Assembly (NCBI GenBank): GCA_028279805.1 | Contig: JANQMZ010000007.1 | Span: forward strand, 540,001-572,000 | DNA from: an archaeon | Lineage (GTDB): Archaea > Iainarchaeota > Iainarchaeia > Iainarchaeales > JANQMZ01 | Length of the DNA stretch: 32,000 bases | Reading direction: 5' to 3' | Part shown: piece by piece, positions 26,493 through 32,000 of the stretch | Position numbering within the stretch: position 1 is the stretch's first letter | Layout of the letters: every line of letters starts with the position of its first letter | Made by a program: the position numbers and the translations under genes | Notes under the pieces: model-generated | Database searches by the model: none | What the model saw: only the letters and a program-made list of their open reading frames with translations | What the model was told of the DNA's origin: nothing

Positions 26493-26900
26493 ATGATTTT
26501 AAACAAAAAAGGGCAGTCATCAGTTGAATACTTAACAACAGTCGGAGTAATTTTAACATTTGTAGCAATTTTGGCGGGTTATGCAACTGTTAATTATGGG
26601 GAATCAACAAAATTTGCACAGGTTAACACTTCCTTGAGTAAGTTAAAAAATTCTGCTGAAAGTGTTTATGCTTTCGGACCCGGGAACAGGGAAAAGGTTA
26701 GAATTGTTTTGCCAACAGGAACAACGGGAAGCAATGTTCAGGGCAACACAATTTCTTTTGATATTGGTTTTATTGGGGGAATCCAAACTGTTGACACTCA
26801 AATTGATGTAAATGTTTCAGGAGTATTGCCTTCAAGTGACGGAATTCATTTTGTTCTGGTTGAAGCAATGGATGGTAATGCAGTTTTTTCAGGTGGTTAA
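26493..26900 (+). CDS. class III signal peptide-containing pilin-like protein
   Basis: MILNKKGQSSVEYLTTVGVILTFVAILAGY. Confidence 0.85.
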   Translation: MILNKKGQSSVEYLTTVGVILTFVAILAGYATVNYGESTKFAQVNTSLSKLKNSAESVYAFGPGNREKVRIVLPTGTTGSNVQGNTISFDIGFIGGIQTVDTQIDVNVSGVLPSSDGIHFVLVEAMDGNAVFSGG

Positions 26901-27257
26901 ATGAAAGGCCAGATAAGCGTTGAAACTTTTTTGGCAGTAGGCGCTTTATTGTTATTTTTTGTAATTGTTTCACTGGCTGCAAACAACCAGAATGTTCAGT
27001 CAACAGTTATTGATGACAGGTTGCAGGAAGAAAATTCCTGCCAGAGAATTGCAAAAATTGCGGCAGCATTATTTTCAACAGACGGGGATGCAAGAATAAC
27101 AACTCATTCAAATCATGATGTTCAGTTTTTGGATAATCTGGTTTTAACATCTAACACTTTTTGCAATTCAACTGCAAAATTAATTGATTCAAATGCTTCA
27201 AAAGGAACAATTGAATTGTTTAAAGATGATTCAGGAGTTGTTGTAAGAAATGCGTGA
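26901..27257 (+). CDS. class III signal peptide-containing minor pilin-like protein
   Basis: MKGQISVETFLAVGALLLFFVIVSLA; starts immediately after the upstream stop. Confidence 0.8.
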   Translation: MKGQISVETFLAVGALLLFFVIVSLAANNQNVQSTVIDDRLQEENSCQRIAKIAAALFSTDGDARITTHSNHDVQFLDNLVLTSNTFCNSTAKLIDSNASKGTIELFKDDSGVVVRNA

Positions 27258-27726
27258 AAAAGGCCAAACGGTTTCATACGATTTGCTTATAGCGGTTTTG
27301 CTGTTTTTGTTATTAATGCAGACAATGCAGTTTTTATGGACTGATTCACTGCAAGGCAATCTGGACCAGCAGGGAATTATTACCATGAGGGAATTGGCTT
27401 CAAATGTTTCTGAAACATTAATCAAAAGCCAGGGTTTTCCAAGAGAATGGAATTCTGCAAATGTTGAAACAATTGGTCTGGCGCAGAGGCCAAGTGTTTT
27501 AAGTGTTGATAAAGTAAGAGAATTCGGATTAATTGACCATAATCAGGCAAGAATTTTACTGGCTTTATCACAGTATGATTTCTTTTTTGAATTAGATTCT
27601 GTTTTGAATGAGTTGGATGTAAACGTTGGCAACGCAGTTCCGGATACAGGCGAATTGGCTGTTGTTTCAAGAAATGTTATTTATGGAGGAGAAAATGCAA
27701 ATGCAAAACTTTACATTTTTGAATAA
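27250..27726 (+). CDS. minor pilin-like membrane protein
   Basis: MREKGQTVSYDLLIAVLLFLLLMQTMQF; 8-nt overlap with the upstream gene. Confidence 0.7.
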   Translation: MREKGQTVSYDLLIAVLLFLLLMQTMQFLWTDSLQGNLDQQGIITMRELASNVSETLIKSQGFPREWNSANVETIGLAQRPSVLSVDKVREFGLIDHNQARILLALSQYDFFFELDSVLNELDVNVGNAVPDTGELAVVSRNVIYGGENANAKLYIFE

Positions 27727-30019
27727 AAAAGGTTTTGTGTTTTTATTTGAATTATTAATAGCAATAGGCTTGGCTACAGCTTTTTTAAATGTTGCAAGTT
27801 TTCAGGAACTGGAAACAGGTGAATTGTTAACAAAAATTCAGGAAAAACAAAGATCAACAGATATTCTGACTACGTTAGACGAAAACGGTTTTTTGCTGCA
27901 AAAACTTGATGAAAATGCTTCAGCGGATGACAAAATGCTGGATATTTATAATGAAATTTTAAGGCAGCTTCCTGAAACGGTTAATGCAAGAATTGAATTG
28001 GATTTTTTTGATGTTGACACAGCGGACTGTAAAACAAATGAATCATTTGAATCATGTTTTAACAAAATTGAAGGAACTTACAATCCGCAAGGTCCTGAGT
28101 TACCAAATGATAAAAGTGTTACAGCTGAAACGCTGATTTTGGTTAAAAAACAGCCACCCCAATTATGTGAAGTTGTTCAGCCTCCGACATTTCAGGAAAA
28201 AGAAACTGAAGAAAGCTTGCTAACCAAAACTCCTTTAAAAATTTATTTTTCTGAAGAAGAAAAAATTGCAAAACCTTTGAAATTATTTTTTTCCCATCAG
28301 GAAGGTCATGATGCAAATGTAATATTTGATTTGAATACGACACCGGAAACTTCATTACAGTGCGGTGAAAATTTAAGATTTGATTTGGGCGCAAAAGTAA
28401 TTGATTTTGGAAGGAATCCTGTGGACATAATGCTTGTGCAGGACCGTTCCGGTTCAATGGATGAATTCACGGTAAACCTGCAGACACTGGCAAGCGGAGC
28501 ATTTAATGATGGCACAAGACAATGCGGTTTTTTGTGCTTGTCCTGCACTCCGACAAACTGGCAAAATTTGGCACAATTTGATTTAACTTCAGGGCAGGAT
28601 TATGCGGTTAAAATGGTTGACCATAACCATTCAGGTGCAAGGCCATGTTTGTTTGCTTCAACACCCCCATATTTGGAACTGGAAAATCCAAGCGGCAGCC
28701 AGCCAACCAATCGTGATACTGAGGTTATTTTAAGAACACCTTTTGTTTCAGGCACGTATACTGCGTGGGGCTGGAGCCAGGAATGGATTGGCTATGATTT
28801 GAATTTGTATGAAAACAAAATGACAGCTTCTCAAAGGGCTGCTAAAAATTTTGTAGATGATGCTGAATGGAAAGACAATGACAGGCTGGGATTAGTTTCA
28901 TTTGCAGGAAGTTCAGATTTAGATGAACAATTACAATTGGCGGACGACCAGAACAAAGAGGATATTAAAGATGCAATTGATGCATTAAATTCAGGCGGTT
29001 CTACAGCCATAGGAGAAGGAATAGATGAAGCAACAGATGAATTATTGGGAACACGGTTTGAAGAAACTCATACAAAGTTTCAGATTGTTTTATCTGACGG
29101 GCAAAACAATTCAGGCACTGACCCTCTGGATGCCGCTCAAAGAGCAGCTGATGAAAACATTGTTATTTACACAATTGCTTTTGGCCAGGACGCAGACCAG
29201 GATACTTTAAGGGAAATAGCTGAAATTACTGACGGAAATTTTTATTATGCTGATGAAGATGAAAATGCTTTGGATGACATTTATGATGTAATTCGTGATG
29301 ACATTGGAAACAGGGCCGGTGGAAAAGACAGCTGGGCTTATGATGCAAATTTAACTGTTCCGGTTAACATGGGAGCAGATGTTATTAGTACGGGAACCGG
29401 CGGAGTTTTACAGGAAAGTGTTGACAGGAATTACATTTTTTATGACATTGGTGACATTAGTCCTTCAAGTCCCTGGAATGATTTTTTTACAATTAATTAT
29501 CCTTGTGACAGGGATTTGACTTGCAGTGTTAAATCAATTCATTTTCCTGAAGAGCCTTTTTATCTGGAATATGATAATCAGGATGGTTCTCCTGGAAATC
29601 CTTTAATCTGGGATGAAAATGCTGATTTGAATTTTGAATATCGTGACTTGACTGTTGACATTTTAAGCGCTAAAATTGTAGCGGCAAAAACCGTGTTTTT
29701 GGATGTAAATGCCATAAATTCCGGGCATTTGAATACAAGTCAGACAACAATGGATTTTTATCTGGATGACCCTGAAACCGGGACTTTTTTGAAACAAACT
29801 GTTGTACCGGCAATGTGTGGACAACTGGGTTCTGGCTGTAGTAATTATTTTACATTGTTTTTGGATGAACTGGTTGAAGAGGAAGGATTTATTTATGTAA
29901 TAATTGACAATGAGGATAATGTTGCTGAATGCCCCGGAAACAATGTTGCTGAAATTTTTTGTTCAACAGGCCCGAAAACACAGTATTTTGTTTTAAAGTT
30001 GTGGACGTGGCCAAAGTGA
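27719..30019 (+). CDS. large VWA-domain surface protein with pilin-like N-terminus
   Basis: TTG start in frame giving MNKKGFVFLFELLIAIGLATAFLNV; MIDAS LVQDRSGSMDEF; GLVSFAG; GGSTAIGEGIDEA; IVLSDGQNNSGTDP; VIYTIAFGQDAD. The supplied ORF start 27626 would overlap the previous gene by about 100 nt. Confidence 0.85.
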   Translation: MNKKGFVFLFELLIAIGLATAFLNVASFQELETGELLTKIQEKQRSTDILTTLDENGFLLQKLDENASADDKMLDIYNEILRQLPETVNARIELDFFDVDTADCKTNESFESCFNKIEGTYNPQGPELPNDKSVTAETLILVKKQPPQLCEVVQPPTFQEKETEESLLTKTPLKIYFSEEEKIAKPLKLFFSHQEGHDANVIFDLNTTPETSLQCGENLRFDLGAKVIDFGRNPVDIMLVQDRSGSMDEFTVNLQTLASGAFNDGTRQCGFLCLSCTPTNWQNLAQFDLTSGQDYAVKMVDHNHSGARPCLFASTPPYLELENPSGSQPTNRDTEVILRTPFVSGTYTAWGWSQEWIGYDLNLYENKMTASQRAAKNFVDDAEWKDNDRLGLVSFAGSSDLDEQLQLADDQNKEDIKDAIDALNSGGSTAIGEGIDEATDELLGTRFEETHTKFQIVLSDGQNNSGTDPLDAAQRAADENIVIYTIAFGQDADQDTLREIAEITDGNFYYADEDENALDDIYDVIRDDIGNRAGGKDSWAYDANLTVPVNMGADVISTGTGGVLQESVDRNYIFYDIGDISPSSPWNDFFTINYPCDRDLTCSVKSIHFPEEPFYLEYDNQDGSPGNPLIWDENADLNFEYRDLTVDILSAKIVAAKTVFLDVNAINSGHLNTSQTTMDFYLDDPETGTFLKQTVVPAMCGQLGSGCSNYFTLFLDELVEEEGFIYVIIDNEDNVAECPGNNVAEIFCSTGPKTQYFVLKLWTWPK

Positions 30020-30978
30020 ATCAGAAAGGAATAATGTTCAGCTTAATGGTTTTGATTATGATTTTGTCTGTAATTGCTTTACAGGATGTTTTCAGGGAAT
30101 CAAAAATTGCACAGCAAAGAAATCCTGAAAAAACAAGAATTTTTTCGGTTAATGAAAAATATGAAAACATTAACAGGAACATTGTTGACCTGTTTAAAGA
30201 GGATTATTTGAGGGAGGTTAGCCAGAGAAATTTGCCTTTTAATTATTTAATTGACGGAAACAAAATAAAATTTAATCATTCAATTCCGTGGGATAAGGGC
30301 ACAATTGAAAATTATTTTGACACAATTAACACTTACAGAATTTTTATTTCTGATAAAAATTATTCAAATGCTTTTGACGGAATTTTTACACAGGTGGAAA
30401 CTTTGCAGAATAGTGAATGGGGCGGAACAGCAACTGATACACATTTTTTAATTCAGCCATTCTGCACAAATTTTGAAACAGGAGACTTAAACAGGGCAAG
30501 AATAACAGAATCTTTTGCAAGCCAGTGCTTAAATTCTTTTGATGAAAATAAGATGCGCAGGTTTGATGTTGACATTGTTGTAAGGAATTCAAATGAAGAT
30601 TTTAATTCAGTTTTTTGTTCAAACGGCTGTTCTTCTCAAAATTTTAATCCTTCAAATTCAAATCCTTATTACAGGCTTGTAATTGATGACACCAAATGTT
30701 CTTCCAAATGCAATTTAAGCCAGACTGTTTTCAGTAAACATTTTTTGGCTGATGACAATGAAACAATTATTTTGTCCGGAGCAGCGTCAAAACCTTTGAG
30801 AATCAGGTTTATGAACGGCGTATTAGTTCAGAGAAACGGTGATTTTTTTGTAGATTCAAACATTCAGGTTCAGTTTGATCAAAATATTAGTGATTTGTTT
30901 TTTCTGGATTTTAATTTTACTTTAACTGAACCTGATTTTAATATTGTTAAAACAAATAATCCGCAAAAACTGAATTAA
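30016..30978 (+). CDS. membrane-anchored extracytoplasmic protein of the pilus-like locus
   Basis: GTG start overlapping the upstream stop (GTGA), (M)NQKGIMFSLMVLIMILSVIALQDVF, Cys-containing ectodomain. Confidence 0.75.
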   Translation: MNQKGIMFSLMVLIMILSVIALQDVFRESKIAQQRNPEKTRIFSVNEKYENINRNIVDLFKEDYLREVSQRNLPFNYLIDGNKIKFNHSIPWDKGTIENYFDTINTYRIFISDKNYSNAFDGIFTQVETLQNSEWGGTATDTHFLIQPFCTNFETGDLNRARITESFASQCLNSFDENKMRRFDVDIVVRNSNEDFNSVFCSNGCSSQNFNPSNSNPYYRLVIDDTKCSSKCNLSQTVFSKHFLADDNETIILSGAASKPLRIRFMNGVLVQRNGDFFVDSNIQVQFDQNISDLFFLDFNFTLTEPDFNIVKTNNPQKLN

Positions 30979-31020
30979 AGATATTTTTCTTTTTATAACA
31001 AAATAACCCATTTAAGTTAA

Positions 31021-31100
31021 GTTTATAAAGGATTTAAAGCCTAAGATACTAAAATTTAGACTCTCATGAGAGTTTTACTCTAAAAAAAATTACGGAGGGA
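31021..31100 (+). promoter_or_regulatory. promoter, 5'UTR palindrome and RBS of the major-pilin-like gene
   Basis: TATA-like GTTTATAAAG 31021-31030; perfect palindrome ACTCTCATGAGAGT 31060-31073; strong SD ACGGAGGG about 8 nt before ATG 31105. Confidence 0.6.
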
Positions 31101-31104
31101 TTAA

Positions 31105-31533
31105 ATGAACAAAAAAGGACAGTCCGCAATTGAATACCTGATGACATACGGTTGGGCTTTGATTGTAATTGCAATTGTTGTCGGAATTCTGGTGTTTGTA
31201 TTAAGCAACACGTCAGGAGGAGCAACATGCCAGTCAAGAAGCCAGAAAATTATTCTGAAAGAATACGCAGTTGATCCTGATACTGTTGCTTTGGGAATGC
31301 AAAACGCAACAGGTTCTGATATGACCAGTATAACCTACGCAGGAGCCGGTGACTTTGGAGGAACAGGTTCAACAGCAGGAACAATTACAAGCGGAAGCGA
31401 GTTTACTGTAACAACCAATAACTTGACCGGGCCGGGTGCCGGTGAGTTTACAGACGGTGTTGTAACAATAACCTATAGTACAAGTTTGTTAACAAATCAA
31501 GACGTTAACATTGTTTGCAGCGGATCACTTTAA
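31105..31533 (+). CDS. archaeal type IV pilin-like protein, class III signal peptide
   Basis: MNKKGQSAIEYLMTYGWALIVIAIVVGILVFVL, then a Gly/Ser/Thr-rich beta domain with two Cys. Confidence 0.88.
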   Translation: MNKKGQSAIEYLMTYGWALIVIAIVVGILVFVLSNTSGGATCQSRSQKIILKEYAVDPDTVALGMQNATGSDMTSITYAGAGDFGGTGSTAGTITSGSEFTVTTNNLTGPGAGEFTDGVVTITYSTSLLTNQDVNIVCSGSL

Positions 31534-31569
31534 GTGAATTAATCCGCTCTTTTTCTTTTTTTTATTTTT

Positions 31570-32000
31570 TTATAACAAGCCTGAGGCAACTCCGCCTAAT
31601 GCCTGTCCCATTAATAATCTGATTCCGAAAAAAACAACAAAAGCAATAACCAGCATTACCGGAATATATTTTACTCCGTCAAGCTCTTTTCCGGAATTGA
31701 TTACTCCTAAAACAAGTGAAGAAAAAATAACAGTAACAATTAATGCAATTTGAGCAAAAAACAAAATAAATGCAGGTTCAATTGCACTTGCCGGGGTTCC
31801 CACCAAGCCTGTTACGCCAATTGCGCTTCCTGAAGCACGTGAAGTGAAATCCTGAGGCAAACTGATATCCTGTGTCTGTTCTGTTATTGATTCAACAATA
31901 ATTGTTGACAATCCTAACAATGCGGGCGCGCCTATGGCTGCAGCAAAAAAAATCATTAAAACATACAGTGAAACGTTTGCATGAATTTCATGTCTAAGCT
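31570..32000 (-). CDS. TadC/FlaJ-like type II secretion F family platform protein, C-terminal part (runs off right edge)
   Basis: Frame is open to the window edge upstream of the listed ORF start: ..LRHEIHANVSLYVLMIFFAAAIGAPALLGLST...FILFFAQIALIVTVIFSSLVLGVINSGKELDGVKYIPVMLVIAFVVFFGI. Confidence 0.7.
   Translation of the reverse strand, partial: LRHEIHANVSLYVLMIFFAAAIGAPALLGLSTIIVESITEQTQDISLPQDFTSRASGSAIGVTGLVGTPASAIEPAFILFFAQIALIVTVIFSSLVLGVINSGKELDGVKYIPVMLVIAFVVFFGIRLLMGQALGGVASGLL

Noticed and set aside
28143-28548. Antisense ORFs inside the VWA gene
   Set aside because: Opposite-strand readings of a strongly supported coding region, no RBS or domain.

Overview
AT-rich archaeal chromosome segment, probably DPANN-type by inference. 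It carries an archaeal information and protein-quality-control backbone: Ski2/Hel308-type helicase N-terminus, alpha-NAC, FKBP-type PPIase, proteasome beta subunit, KH/MBL/beta-CASP aCPSF1 and a Fap7-like adenylate kinase. Metabolic genes are type II PanK-like + CoaBC, glnA with a divergent Lrp/AsnC regulator, PGK, phosphohexomutase and a PfkB kinase. There are two surface-related blocks. The first (about 20.0-24.9 kb) encodes exported lipoproteins, Ig-like proteins and Cys-rich proteins. The second (about 26.5-32.0 kb) is a pilus-like locus: a run of short class III signal peptide (pilin-like) proteins, a large VWA protein carrying a similar N-terminal segment, a stand-alone major-pilin-like gene and the C-terminus of a TadC/GspF-like platform protein at the window edge. 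The most interesting items are the VWA/minor-pilin locus, a compact structured RNA-like element at 12046-12103 with its own TATA-like box and T-tract, a recurrent AGGTG-T8-G initiation module with TTG starts, a NFACT protein lacking NFACT-R, and a transglutaminase-like protein apparently lacking its catalytic Cys. No tRNA, rRNA, CRISPR array or obvious mobile element was recognised. All homology calls are by eye from motifs; no database search was run.
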